Shown: positions 63,638-64,000 of the stretch, piece by piece
How positions within the stretch are numbered: position 1 is the first letter of the stretch
How the letters are laid out: each line of letters starts with the position of its first letter
NCBI GenBank assembly: GCA_002633005.1
Contig: NMRA01000233.1
Location: 372,001 to 436,000, forward strand
DNA length: 64,000 nucleotides
Direction of reading: 5' to 3'
DNA from: Phoronis australis
Taxonomy: Eukaryota; Animalia; Phoronida
The notes under the pieces: generated by a model
Told to the model about the DNA's origin: nothing
Seen by the model: the letters and a program-made list of their open reading frames with translations, nothing else
Databases searched by the model: none
Position numbers and translations under genes: made by a program

Positions 63638-64000
63638 GTATTAACAGGTTATCTTCCCTCTAGCAGCCTTACATAAAAACCAGAAAAATAAATTAACAAA
63701 TTCTCACAAACTGGTAACATTTAGTTTTTACCATTAAAAGGAACATATGCAACTGGCACGAAGTAGCGACTGGACCGCTTCACGTCAGTTACAGGTGTTC
63801 AAACCTATCAAAATGATGGCTGCTTGAAATTCGTATTGACTTATTGATGGGCTAAGCTGCTCACAAGTGGAATTCCTGTCATGGTACAGAATGGTTTCAA
63901 ACGTGCGTTGTATGGTTGAGTGTCCTCGTTGGTTTATAGTTTGCATTTGGCTTTGTGGAAAATTCAAATAAGATTTGAAATATTTAGCCTAGAACTCAAC

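Overview
Eukaryotic (invertebrate, probably marine lophotrochozoan-type) genomic DNA with spliced genes, many TE remnants and N gaps. Genes I could build by hand, with GT-AG sites and matching intron phases: (1) a minus-strand secreted mosaic protein, signal peptide-Kringle-vWA-vWD-C8-TIL (10 coding exons, 16125->4073, 699 codons, 3' end presumably left of the window); (2) two tandem intronless class A GPCRs (35730-36818, 40909-42000); (3) a complete 7-exon, 314-aa gene (52142-57981) largely missed by the ORF track, with a basic coiled-coil N-half, LC8-type TQT-like motifs and an AKAP/RSP3-like helix, behind a CRE-rich promoter; (4) the first two exons of a PhyH-family 2OG-Fe(II) dioxygenase (62684->). 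The GPCR pair is interleaved with three TTAA-associated THAP-bearing Kolobok-type transposon derivatives. Two of them also carry a convergent Cys-rich ORF resembling the P2X7 cytoplasmic 'ballast'/KolX domain and face each other as inverted repeats around GPCR1. Also present: decayed L1/Tx1 LINE, Ty1/Copia remnant, several MITE families (TTA, CTG, TA, TTAA and 5-bp TSDs, some nested), tRNA-derived SINE heads, microsatellites, and a ~735-bp tandem duplication at a single N that looks like an assembly artefact. Family assignments come from motif recognition only; no database searches were run.
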